Source: Octopus vulgaris
Taxonomy: Eukaryota
NCBI GenBank assembly: GCA_951406725.2
Contig: OX597822.1
Coordinates: forward strand, 83,142,001-83,206,000
Reading direction: 5' to 3'
DNA: 64,000 nucleotides
Every line of letters begins with the position of its first letter. Position 1 is the stretch's first letter. The notes beneath the pieces were generated by a model. That model was not told the DNA's origin. It made no database searches and was given only the letters and a program-made list of their open reading frames with translations. The translations under genes and the position numbers were made by a program. Positions 42,178-55,769 of this stretch are shown one piece after another.

Positions 42178-42563
42178 GTGTGTGTGTATGTGTGTGTGTG
42201 CGTGTGTATGTGTTTCTGTGCATGCGTGTGTGCATGTGTGTGTCTATGTGTGTGTGTGTTTGTCTGTTTATGTGCATGTGTTTATGTGTGTGTTTCTGTG
42301 TGTGCTTGTGTGTGTGTTTGTGTGTGTGTGTTTGTGTGTGTGTGTGTTTGTATATGTGTGTTTGTGTGTTTGTGTGCATGCGTGTGTGTATGTGTATGTT
42401 TGTGTGTGTACATGCATGTATGTGTGCGTGTGTGTATGTGTGTGTGTATGTGTGTATGTGTGTGTGTTTGTGTGTGCGCATGCGTGTGTGTATGTGTGTG
42501 TTTGTGTGTGCGCATGCGTGTGTGTATGTGTGCGTGTATGTGTGTGTGTGCGTGTGTTTGTGT
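42178..42563. repeat. Degenerate (TG)n tract
   Basis: Interrupted TG dinucleotide array. Confidence 0.95.
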
Positions 42564-42804
42564 GTTGGTTATGGAATAATACGAAGTAGATCAGAGTGTA
42601 AGAGTTAAAAGCTGATTTACAAGGAGGCATGAGAATAACTTTTCATATTCGAAGTCATAAAAGATGTATGGCCATGAGGCACCCCAATTACTTTTAGGCT
42701 TTTAGGGTTTGACAACATGTAATATGAACCTAGCTTCACATACACATTATTGGAAAATGTTTAAATGATGAAAACATTCTGTAAGAATACTGAGGAGACC
42801 CCCT

Positions 42805-43113
42805 TCACTCATGAATGATCAAGGGATTGCACCTAGAAAGTTCCCCTCCGAGGCACAAGTCCGGGCAAGGTTTTTTATGGAAGGCCAGCATTTGCCCATG
42901 CACACCAGCCTGCCCTCTACACACCACTGATGTTATCCAAGGGAAAGGCAAAGGGGCCGATACAGCTTGGCACCAGTGATGTCGCAACTCATTTCTACTG
43001 CTGAGTTAACTGGAGCAACGTGAAATAAAGTGTCTTGCTCAAGAACACAACGCGCAACCCGGTCCGGGAATCGAATTCATAATCCCACGATCGTAAGCTC
43101 GACGCTCTAACCA
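42805..43113 (-). mobile_element. SINE family C variant with a different 3' tail
   Basis: Head/core GTGAAATAAAGTGTCTTGCTCAAGAACACAAC...GGGAATCGAA shared with family C; 42805-42985 is unlike the 33440 copy. Confidence 0.7.
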
Positions 43114-44070
43114 TACAAAGAATACTAGTATTTAGTAATAAGAAACTGGAATGCATACATAACAGGAATATTCTAAAAAAAAACTACAAAATAGACGTAC
43201 CACAGAATTATACTTTGCATGAAAAAGTCGATGAGACAACCTGGCAAGGTGGAATCAGTGCGAAACTATACTTTATGTGGTTAAATGTCCAAATAAATAT
43301 CTGCTCACAGAATATGAGTCATATAGACAAGTAAAGATTAATGGTGGTACAATATCTAGCGGAAACTGGAGGGTGGGTGCTCCTTGTAGGAACTGGTAAA
43401 CGCGTACCCGTGCATTCTGCCGACAACTCAGTATGTGGCATGCTGTAGGCAAAATGCACAAATGCCTCTGAAGTGCATTGATCCCGTAAACAGCTGAAAC
43501 ATACTACATACACCGCCTTTATCAATCACCTGCGAACTTTTCTACTAGTGATACCAAGGATTTTACTACCCTAACTATGTTAAATATACACCAAAGACTG
43601 CTGGAATTCTCTTTCGGATCATCCTGTAGTGTATCTGTCTATTATGGACTTTTACCGAACCACTGTAAACTTTTGCCCTCCAGATCTTCCTGTTTTTTTG
43701 CTATATTTATATATATTTGCATATCTTTGTTTTCTCTTTGCCATTCTATAAATCGATTTGATGTCCCGAGAAGGCTTGTTCATAATTTATTCTATTATAC
43801 TTACAATTGCTCGACCACTACATTGCCTTTACGTAAATCGTCTACGATCCTAAAACTCTGCACCTAACGTCGAAGTTTAGACACTTATTGTAAGTATCTA
43901 ATATCTATCTCTTTTGACACCGTCTCCTACATACACACATACATACATACATACATACATACATACATACACATACACACTCAAAACCTTATATCCTGCG
44001 ACGAGCTGGCGTCTCAGGATCAGGGAAATCGGCTTTTGAATCAACGGCTCGGGAAGGACCATTGATCCGT

Positions 44071-44156
<86 letters not shown>

Positions 44157-44512
44157 AAGGGAAACGATCGAAAAACATAGAAGATTTGTTTTACAGTATA
44201 TTAAACCCATGATAATAATGCTTTTATACAATTTTGTACAAAATAAGGTTTTGTTCTTTCAACATATTTGAAGTAAGGACCGGTTTCGCATTGCTAATCC
44301 ATTTTAATGAGTAATGCGTAACCGGTCCTTACTTCAAATATGTTGAAAGAACAAAACCTTATTTTGTACAAAATTGTATAATATCGTTATTATCATGGCT
44401 TAAATATACTGTTAATTCCTGTAAAACAAATATCTTCTGTGTTTTATCGTCTTTTCTCTTTCTCTATTTATATCCCCTACGTGTTTTCCCTCACTAAAAT
44501 ATTTTCTACTTT
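44157..44512. mobile_element. Near-perfect palindrome folded at a truncated HHR
   Basis: Arms ~44164-44296 / 44310-44451 with a very short spacer. Each arm carries GC-GAAA(GUAA)-CCGG-UC-CUUA; tail ~44452-44512; (TA)n flanks. Confidence 0.75.
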
Positions 44513-44523
44513 ATATATATATA

Positions 44524-44943
44524 GGCGCAGGAGTGGCTGTGTGGTAAGTAGCTTGCTAACCAACCACATGGTTCCGGGTTCAGTCCCACTGCGTGGCATC
44601 TTGGGCAAGTGTCTTCTGCTATAGCCCCGGGCCGACCAATGCCTTGTGAGTGGATTTGGTAGACGGAAACTGAAAGAAGCCTGTCGTATATATATATATA
44701 TATATATGAATGTGTGTGTGTGTGTGTTTGTGTGTCTGTGTTTGTCCCCCTAGCATTGCTTGACAACCGATGCTGGTGTGTTTACGTCCTCGTCACTTAG
44801 CGGTTCGGCAAAAACAGCCCGATAGAATAAGTACTGGGCTTACAAGGAATAAGTCCCGGGGTCGATATGCTCGACTAAAGGCGGTGCTCCAGCATGGCCA
44901 CAGTCAAATGACTGAAACATGTAAAAGAGTAAAAGAGTAAAGA

Positions 44944-44946
<3 letters not shown>
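44524..44946 (+). mobile_element. Full-length tRNA-derived SINE (family B, CORE-like) with internal (TA)n(TG)n
   Basis: A box TGGCTGTGTGG, B box GGTTCAGTCCC, CORE-like GGCATCTTGGGCAAGTG, 3' stem-loop and (GTAAAAGA)n tail. Confidence 0.88.
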
Positions 44947-45029
<83 letters not shown>

Positions 45030-45165
45030 TTTAGAAACTACTCTGAACTATGCAGTTTCGGATTTAGCTCGCTGAGCGTCATCATACGTTAGTGTTTACA
45101 AGTAAGACCCTGGGTCTACCATCTCATAAGTGAACATGGTCGGCGGGGCTGTGTGGAAGCCCGTC

Positions 45166-45201
<36 letters not shown>

Positions 45202-45529
45202 TTTTATGTTTGTGGTACCACCGTTTGGCAATCATTGCTGGTTTGTTTCCGTCCCCATAACTTAGCGTTTCGGCAAAAGGGACCTATAAAGTAAGAAACT
45301 TAAAAGAATTACTGTGGTTGATTTGTTACATTAAACCATTCAGGGCGGCGCTCCAACATGGCCACAGTTCTATGGCTAAAACAATTAAGTTCACACACAC
45401 ACACACACACACACGCAAACACACAAACACATGCATATACATATATATATATGGATATAAATATGCATATATAAATATAAATATGTGTGTGACTATAACT
45501 ATGTATGTATATATGCGCGATTATATGTG

Positions 45530-45631
<102 letters not shown>

Positions 45632-45636
45632 CATAC

Positions 45637-45686
<50 letters not shown>

Positions 45687-46257
45687 TATGGAAAAAAGAA
45701 AAGGAGGTAGGGAGGGATAGAGAAATGGAATAGTTGACTGGAAAAAGGTAATATATCAGACACTTGTAATTATTTAACTGGTTTATGGAATGAATAGAAA
45801 GAAAGATTATTTCAAATATGACAGATTATCTGCAGTGATACCTTTAGAACAAATGTGATTTATTTTTAATAAGATCTAATTACGAGGGAAAAAATAAACC
45901 AAGAAGAAATAAACAGAAGAAAATTTTTTAGAAATCATAATATATATAATAATATTTAAAAGGATTTATTTCTATAACTATTGTTCACCTGTTAATGATG
46001 GATGATTTTTTTTATAATGAATAGCCATCATTTCGTCAGTAATTGAAACGTAACAAATGATAAAAAATGAATAAAAACAATTAAATGTTCTTTTAAATAC
46101 GATATTACTCTAATTTGTTACGGTGTAAACTGATTTTTTTACGGTGTGAATTGATGAATTACTAAAAACGTCTTTTCATAATTCACGTCGTTTCCATATT
46201 GAGTTTTTGAGATATGGTTAATCTTTTGAGTCTGAAGACATTTTGAAACGTCTTCTT

Positions 46258-46337
<80 letters not shown>

Positions 46338-46854
46338 AAACAAGTGGAGGAAGAGAAAAAAGAAAAGATGAAAATCCATAGACGATATACTAGAATTAAT
46401 TAGAATTTGATAATATTTTAAAACGGTTTCACATTAGATTTTCAAAAGTGTATAGTATATGGAGATGTGTTGCGAATTATGCTTATCCAGTCCGTTAACA
46501 TAGAAATTGATTGATCAACATTCATGTATTAAGCTTATGAATATTAAATGATATTTTGAATTTGTGCTCGATCTGAGATCCTATGTTGTATTTAAAACTA
46601 TTGCATGATGGAATGTTATATTTTGGCCAAGTCAGATCTTACGAAAATACCATATTCAGTTCAGGTTATTTGTTGATAGTATTACCTGTTGTGAGGTATA
46701 AATATATGTCGATGTTCGCTCATGACTTGGTTTCTAACATAAGATGCGGTGAAAATTGTTTAGCATAGTATGTCCTTAATTGCGTAAATGTCTGAAATGG
46801 TGCTTTCACTAGGTAATCTTTACATACACACGCATATTACACACATACTTCCCT

Positions 46855-46893
<39 letters not shown>

Positions 46894-47080
46894 TTATTCA
46901 TATGTACGTTATAAACACATACAACAGTTGACGAACGGTAGCTGTAAATCAGAGAAAATTACATCCGTAGCTGAGAAACTCCGAGCTCTGGATGTTAGAG
47001 TTCTCTGCTTGTATTGCATATTAAGATCTACTTTAGTTGTTACATATGTGACGTGGTTTGTTGGTATGGGTAGATATATT

Positions 47081-47114
<34 letters not shown>

Positions 47115-47841
47115 CAAAATATGTGGAAAACATATAAAAAGCGGAAAAGAAATGCCTTCGTTTCACAGAGTTTAATATCTTTTTATTAAAAAAATGTTAC
47201 AATATATACATATTTTAAGGATGTTTTCCACATATATTCAACTCATAATTTTGCCACGTTGTGTATACTGAATCTCCAGTATTTTTGCTCCTTATATATA
47301 TATATATATATGTAATATATATGCATAAAGACATGTATATATGTGTATGTATGACTATATATATGTGTGTGTGTGTGTTTGTATGTATGGCTATATATAT
47401 ATATGTTACTATGTTGCTATATTACTAAGTAGCAAACGCGAGTATATTGGGGCTTTCGACTGACTGTGAGGCCATACGAGAGTCCAGATATAATAGGGCC
47501 CGGATATAACTGCAGAGTAGCGAATTTTCCACCTCATGTAGGGAGAGGTCCTATAACTTGTTGAGATTCTAGATATTTTTTGGATTAAAAAATACTAGTC
47601 GTTGCCTTTTGTCCGATAATTTTGTCCAGTATATTTCACAATCATATTAATTACGGTTTCGTATCTCGGTGTTTACCTGCGCATTTTATTTTGGGATGTA
47701 TCAACACCAAGGCAATCTTGATCATGCTCACTTTCTCTCTCTTTCTCTCTGTTTCTCCATCTCTCTCTTCTTTATATACCTGTTTATCTGTGTGTATCTA
47801 TGTATTTATGTACATACACATCTGTATGTGTGTGAACATAC

Positions 47842-47930
<89 letters not shown>

Positions 47931-48752
47931 TATATATCTATATCTTTAACTCTCTCTATAAATAAATTTGTGTGTGTATTTGTGTGTGCTTTTGTGTGCA
48001 TGTATATGCCAAATTTTACTTTCACACTCATGAAAATATTTTGTTAATAGATAACCCATGACCATATCTATTAAGGTGGGGGACAATATTAAAACACAAA
48101 AAATATATTGCAATTGCCCTGATATATTATTATCCGAGCCACAGAATCACAACAATATTTTATTATAATTTAGATTTTCATGTGATTTTATTAAACAGTT
48201 CGATGAATGACAACGATTTTATATAATAATAATAATAGTAATAATAACAATAACAAAATAAAACAATACCAACAATTATAATATCGATAACAATAATAAT
48301 GAAAATAATAATGGTTATTATTATCATTATTATTATCATCATCATTGTTATTATGATCTTTATAGAATACAATTGTGGGGCGGTATGTTAGTGTTGTTCT
48401 CACATTGTTGCAATCCAAACAATTTTTCGTTTTGGTCTTCCATTGTTCAGTTCTGCTCGCTTTTGCAGGTATGGCAGCAAAGTATAAATTGAAATATAAA
48501 TTAATGAAAATTAATATTTTAAAAATTATTTTATTATTTTACTCCATGCAAAGAACGTTTGTAACAATGTGAAGATGAGTAATCAATCAACGTAGTCATA
48601 CACCTATATCCACATGCACCTATATGATGTCAGATATAAAATTACACACACCACAAATTTTTCTTGAGTGTTAATTGCTTCTTTTCTGTACAAATCTATT
48701 TTGGTTTCCATTTTCTCATATTCTATTGTCTTCTATTTCCCATTCCTTCCAG

Positions 48753-48840
48753 TCAACCCCACCAATCATATTCTCAATTTCTACGTTCATATGCAACACA
48801 TTGTCAATGTCGTCGACGCATTCATGACCTACGGCGAGAG
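48753..48840 (+). other. Candidate spliced exon (88 bp)
   Basis: Pyrimidine tract ending CCTTCCAG, donor GAG|GTAAGT; a further possible acceptor CCCTGTAG at 48949. No recognisable protein. Confidence 0.3.
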
Positions 48841-49489
48841 GTAAGTTCCTGGTGAGTCAAATCTGCGACCCCAGTTTCGATTTTCTTATTGTATGTGTCT
48901 TTGCTGAGCCACAGAAAATGTTCTATTTTGAAATTAAAATTCCCTGTAGGTGGAAAATATACGACATATCTAGGACCTATTCATGGAAAGTTCTGATTAT
49001 CGCACAGTGGTCCGCTAGCTTCCACTATCGTACAAACAACATGTGCTATAAATATTTTCCTATTAATAGTATCCTGTGTTAGCACACCAAATTCATACCG
49101 ATTTTCTATGAACACAAGGCAATTAAACTTTCGAATAATTATACATGTTAGAAATGACACTATATGCCACAAGTTAACTTTGCCCGACGTGCCGAGTCTG
49201 TTCATCTCATGTTTATATTTACCTACACAATCGATGGTTTTACTCAACGCTAACGTCTACAAAATTTCATTTTCATCGAATATTGTAAATGTCGCTCCAT
49301 GCGATCAACTCCGTAACAACGCCATTGCGAACAACTGTTCTTAAGCAGACAGCTATGTCTTCACCTTTATGTTTGTTACATAAATTTATATAGAATAGGT
49401 TTAACATTAATGGGTTTAAAATGAGCATTTTTAGGTTTAACAGAAATATTATAGTCTTATATATATTTTTGCATCACTCCAGCAATTCC

Positions 49490-50510
49490 GGCGAGGGCAG
49501 GGTGTTAGTCAATTACATCGGCCCCTAGTACGCAACTGGTACCTATATTAAGGACACCGAAAAGATGAAAGGCAAAGTCGGCTTTGGTGGCATTTGGACT
49601 CGGAACGTAAAGTCGGAAGATATAACGCTAAGCATTTTTCCGGTGTGGTAAGAATTCTGCCGTCTCGCCGCCCTGTAGTCGTATAAATATTGGTTCTAAA
49701 TTTTGGCACAAGGCCAGTGTTTTCAAGGGAGAAGGTAAGTCGATTACATTGACCCCAGTACTCAACTGGTACTTATTGACCTTGAAAGGCAAAGTCGACT
49801 TTGGTGGAATTTGAATTCAGGACGTAAAGATAGACGAAATGCCGCTAAGAATTTTGTTCGGCGCGCAAACGATTCTGCCAGCTCTAAAAAGAAAATTTGC
49901 ATGGGCGGTTCTCGAACCACCTATTGAGGAATTGGTTTCAAATTTTGGTTAATTTCTTGACATCTATCTTAAATCACTGTTCAAAAATGTGATGATATAT
50001 TTTACTAACTTGTCACACAAGCCCGGCAATTTTGAGGAGAAGGAAAAGTCGGTCACATCGACATCATCTTTTTATCGACCCCTAAGGGATGAAAAGATTT
50101 AACCTTGGTGGCGTTTAAACTCAGAACATAAAGAACCGGAATGAATGTCTCCGACCATTTTGTCCGATACGCTAAAACTTCTGTCACCTCGCCGCCTTAT
50201 ATAACTTTTTTCATATGTTGGCATAAGGAACAATGAACAGAAATTACCCCCCCCCCCAGTATTTGAGTGGTAGTTATTTTATCGATCCCGATGAAAGGCA
50301 AAGTCAACCTTGGCAGAATTGGAACTCGTAATTGTTTCTAATTTTAGCACATGGCCAGCAAGTTTAGGGGGACGGGGTAAGTCGATCATACCGACTCTAT
50401 TATTGGAATGGTACCCGAAAAGATTAAAGGCACAGTTGACCTCAGCAAGATTTGAACTCATAACAAAGTATTTATACCGATGCTCTAACCAGTCTGCCAG
50501 TTCGCCGATT
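49490..50510 (-). mobile_element. Cluster of ~5 same-strand family A SINEs
   Basis: GAAAGGCAAAGTCG/CAAC and TTTGAACTC motifs recur at ~49565, 49785, 50090, 50295 and 50425. Confidence 0.8.
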
Positions 50511-51335
50511 TCTTGGTGACTATGATAATAATGATAGCAAAAACATTACTTCCGATTAATTTGTGAAACCGCTAAGGTTAATACTAGTTCCATCAACTCT
50601 AAATGAAAGATTTCCGAATGATAAAGAAACCGTTTTTACTGATTATATCAGATTGTAAATACACTCAGCTTGCTTTTTTTTTCTGAAATTAGATGCAATT
50701 TTATCTGAGTTTAATTGATTATATCAGCGTGCATACAGTTTAACTGTGCTACACAAATAATCCATCAGTTATTTAGTACTAACATGGAATGTTATTATAC
50801 AAATGTCTAACGCTGTAAGTTATCACATCTTCATTCGATAATATGAACAAATGTAAATCAATCTAATAGTTTCTTAAAGTCTACACGAATTCAATCAGTC
50901 TATAAGAAACACCACAAACGGAAAATATCTTCGATTCAGTCCTTGATAATGAAATTGTGAACGTCTAGAAACGTCGGATATGAGGTTAGGAACCTATTTT
51001 GGAAACCATTGTCAAAAGCTAATAAGAAAGTATGGAAAATACATAACAGAGAGAAATATTGACCATAGTCGTGTATTTAATGAAACGGTTATCTTAATGG
51101 TTGTTTTTATGTTCAGTTAACAATTTTACAATAATTTAATGGGTTACTCTATACATTTGTAGAGTATAAATTTATTCTTAAACAAAAATATTACTAACAG
51201 AGACCTGGAAGTTTCGGCCAGTTAAGACATCGTCAGTTTGACAATGGTTTAATTAGCAAACACACACACATACTATACCCCCCCCACATATATGTAGGTG
51301 CGTGTGTATGCATGTATATAAATATATCTATGTAT

Positions 51336-51420
<85 letters not shown>

Positions 51421-52820
51421 TACATATACCTATATGTATACATATATTAGCATTGGAGCAATAGTTTGGCTGAACAAATGGCCTGGCAATATTCTTTTAT
51501 AAAATGCTTTATAAAATGTTTTTAGTTGAAATCCTGCTGATGTTGACGATGCCTTCCATTCTGCCGGTAGAGATAAAATAAACACAAAACTGCTGAAATG
51601 GATTTTATCGGTTTCATTCTCTCTCAAAGTGTATGGATTACACCAATGGTCGTTCGAAGACCTATATATCATTTGCAATGAGCACAAAAATATCTTATAT
51701 GTTCCAATGTTCCATATTCAAGTGATATTTTTGACCTTTATATAGGATTCCCGGAGCAAATTTAGGAAAGTTTGTAAAAAAAAAATAGTGCAAAAAAGTG
51801 TATGATGTATTAAAAAAGTGTAGTAAAATGTAAGAGATCTCGGGTCGCACATTAAATCACCAGAAATGTACCGCGCACTCACACGTATACTGATGAGGAC
51901 ACGTACATATGCACACACACACACGTATATTGTAGTGTCTTGGGTGGGTCATTATGCCAATAATGATAGCACACACACTGGTTCAATACTGCCTCTTTAT
52001 ATTGTTAGTCAATTGGTTAAATATCAACACATTGAAAAATTTATCGATTAATTGGTTGCTTAGATATTCAAACAATTGATTAACAACCTAGAAGTGGTAT
52101 TAGACCAGGGCGTGTGTTATTGTTATTATTATTGGTGTAATCACCCTACCAAGACAACAAAATTTATTTCAACACACGAATTCACATCAAGAAACTTGCA
52201 AACCAAATACAAAATCGAAATGGGGAATAATACACACACACAGACACACACATATATATGTATATATACACACGTGTGCAGTCGTCTTTCGATTCTGCTC
52301 TTATTCTTATATCTTTGTCTTTGTAATCCATTTTCCTTTCCGTTCTTCTTATTATTCATCCATTCTCTAATTATCTTTTATTCACCCATACACATATATT
52401 TACCTCATTTCATATTCGCAATTTCCTCGTTCTCTCATTCCCCATTCATTCTTTCCCATTTTTTCTTTCTTATTTTCTCAGATGTATGTTATTATTGTTT
52501 TTAAATGCCTTTCTTTTAAAATTTCTCATTTAAAATTCAATTTTGCCTTTCATCTCTCCGGAGCTTAGTAAAATAATTGGAATCCGTACACTGTGCGCCC
52601 GATTAAGTGAATTAATGCATTTTGCTCATCCATAAAGTTTATATCTTTGCAGCCCAGTCCAAAAGTAAAAGAAAAAAAATATTCAATTCTCTTCCTCCTC
52701 TTCCTTCCTTTGATTTGATCTCTCTGTCTTTTTTCTGTCCCCATCCATTCTTTCTATATCTACATCCATGTACACCATATATACTGTATATATACACACA
52801 CAAACAACGGCATCACACAC

Positions 52821-52851
<31 letters not shown>

Positions 52852-53156
52852 GGCACACACATATTCGCTCTTACTGTTTGTTATAAAACCTTGCTGTCTC
52901 TATACAAGATTTCGTCTTTTTCTCTACCGTATTTCAATTTTCGTTTCGTCGGCAACTGTTGCGCTGTTTGGTAACAGTGGAATGGCATGGGCTTCATTTC
53001 GTACTTTGGTTGCTTCCACCTTTTGTTGTGCCCGGATGTTCCAATTGTATGAAAAAAAAGAAAAACAAGACAAGAAACAAGTTTAATATCCAAGCTTACA
53101 ATGGAACACATACTTACATGCACAGACGCACACGCACACGCATACACACAAACAAA

Positions 53157-54440
53157 TCGGGTTATCCCATAAGTTCTGTTCGATTTTATCTTTTTTCTAA
53201 AATTGAATGAAATTTAATAGTATTTTAAAATGTCTAATGGAATTAAAAATCATTTTTATGCATTTGTGTACATTTAAACTAATTAAAGAATATTTTACAG
53301 ATTAATAAAATTAAAACTTCTTTGATCAAAACCCTTTCTAACATGGAAGTATCCAAAGAACATTTGAGGAACATAATGCTTTATGAGTACAAAAAAAGGA
53401 TACTCTGCAGCCGAAGCTACTCGAAACATACACCCAGTTTATGGGAAAGAATGCTTGAATGAAAGAACTTGCAGAAGATGGTTTGCAAAATTCAAAAGTG
53501 GAGATTTCAGCCTTGAAGATGAAGATCGAACAGGATGTCCAGTTGAGTTTGATGATAAGCTCCTTGAGGCATTACTTGAAGAAAATCCTGCATTATCAGT
53601 TGAAGAACTGGCAATAAAGCTTAGTTCAAACCATACAACTGTTCATCGTCATCTTCAACAACTTGGAAAGGTTCCTAAACTTGGAAAATGTGTGCCTCAT
53701 GAATTGTCCGAAAGCAACCGAAAATCCCGAGTTGACACCTGCTGTTCTCTCCATTCTCGCGAACTCTTTTCACCCTTTTTAGATAGACTTGTGACTGGTG
53801 ACAAAAAAATGGATCTTCTATCGAAATATTAAACGTCGTAAGCAGCGGCTTGGTAAAAGGGAAAAAGCTCAACCACAACCGAGAAGGGAACTTCATAGGA
53901 AAAAAAGTTCTTCTCTCTATCTGGTGGGATTGCAAAGGAGTAATTCACTATGAATTGTTACTACCTAATGCAACTATCAATGCTCAAGTCTACTGTCAGC
54001 AATTACAGCGATTGAACCAAATAGTGAAGAAAAAAAACACCCGCTTTAGTGAATCGAAAAGGAGTGATATTTCATCAAGACAATGCGCAACTCCACACTG
54101 CAAAGAAGATCGAAGAGCTTGGTTGGAAAAAAAAATTCCTCATCCACCCTATTCTCTCGACCTTGCTCCTTCAGACTACCATTTGTTTCGTAGTTTACAG
54201 AATCATTTGGGGGGTCATAACCTTCGCAAGCCAGGAGGAGGTCGAAACTGACATTTCAGAGTTCTTTGCTTTGAAGCCAAAAGAGTTTTACATTGATGGG
54301 ATTAAAAGCTTGTAATTAGATGGAAGGAAGTCGTAGATAATCAGGGAAAGTACGTTGATGATTAAATTTCAATTAAATATCACATTTGATCAGTTGTTTT
54401 CTTTATTCAAAATTCGGGAAGAACTTATGGGATGACCTGA
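53157..54440 (+). mobile_element. Full-length mariner (DD34D) element with frameshifted transposase
   Basis: TIRs TCGGGTTATCCCATAAGTTCT / AGAACTTATGGGATGACCTGA, 1284 bp. Motifs CVPHEL, LVTGDKK, FHQDNA and HPPYSLDLAPSDYHLF across ORFs 53383-54315. Confidence 0.92.
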
Positions 54441-54890
54441 TATATATAAAAGATACAGAAATAATCGCGTTTTAGATTTAACATAGCATTTCAAAGCAAT
54501 TCATTTGGTTAACAAACTCTGAGGTTCACACAATCACGCACAAACACGCACAATCACGCACACTACACATATATGGCGATTCTATAGCTCACTTGGTTAG
54601 AATGCCAGTCCAGTACACTGAAGGTCGATGGCTCGAATCCTCCTGCAGTTTGGATTTACATTATTATCTGCAGTTGCCGGCATGGTTGTGCAGTTAAGAA
54701 GCTCGTGCTTTCCGGTTCAGTCCTAATGAGTGGAACACTGGGCGGCCATGCTTGATCACTACACTGAAGAGTTTTAGCGAAACAAATTGACCAAGGGTGC
54801 CAGGCAGTGGAAGTGAATACAGAACCATGTGGTTGGAAAGCAAGCTTCTTACCATACAGCCACGCCTACACCTATATGTATATGTCTATG

Positions 54891-54952
<62 letters not shown>

Positions 54953-55032
54953 AAGTGAAGTTGTAAGGTAGCGCACGAGTGGAAGTATATATCAAAGAAG
55001 GTTTGAAAATGCAATTTTAAAGGTGTTTATTC

Positions 55033-55075
55033 ACTTGACCGGTTTCACTTTTTTAAGAAAAAGATTGTCAAAAGT
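55033..55075 (-). ncRNA. Hammerhead motif with covarying U3-A8 core
   Basis: ACUU-UUGACAA-U[CUUUUU...AAAAAG]U-GAAA-CCGG-UC-AAGU, within an insert (54951-55312) between (TA)n tracts. Confidence 0.65.
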
Positions 55076-55312
55076 AAAATGTAAGGCTTTGTATAAGCTT
55101 TGTTGTGTTAAGTACTTGTTGTCACAAAATACATATATACATTCTTTGATAATAAATAAGAAAATGTTAAAATCTGTTTACAAGAAAATATTTAAGAAAA
55201 TATTCAGCACAAAGTATTATGAGTTCAATAAAAATCATGTTTGTTTGGTTGTAAATATATATGTACACAGAAAAAGTATTAGGAGTTCAATAAAAATCAT
55301 GTTTGTTTGGTA

Positions 55313-55379
<67 letters not shown>

Positions 55380-55769
55380 GACCGACCAGGCTATCAGATG
55401 TTGCTACACATCGCTGGTCACAATGCGCTTCGCATTGTTTTAGCCTTCAAATGACGCCACCCCGCTGGCTAAGCGAGCAGGCCAATATATATATACATAT
55501 ATATACACAGAAGGAGATATATTTAAGAGTTTACAAAGAATTTGATATGAACCAACCTGTTTTCTTAGCATTTTTTATTTTGTGTGAAGCTAAGGGTTGT
55601 TTGCTATTTTAAGGGACAGTGTGGGAGGTTGATTGGGTTGGGGGACGGAAGATCAATGTGGAATTAAAAGGAATTTTTTTGCTTCTGGGATAGTCTGTCA
55701 TGGTTCAGTGAATTTTGGGACTGGTCTGAGAGGTCAGAATGGTGCGTGTACGTCTCTAATCGTGTATGT

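Noticed and set aside
46228-46256. CTGAAGA-CATTTT-GAAACGTC hammerhead-like string
   Set aside because: Stems I and II are too weak to support a call.
52881-53147. Possible terminal exon on the minus strand (WNIRAQQKVEATKVRNEAHAIPLL...)
   Set aside because: The pyrimidine tract ends in CAA rather than AG, and there is no recognisable homology.
54575-54650. tRNA-like sequence
   Set aside because: Degenerate boxes and no cloverleaf; probably a SINE head relic.
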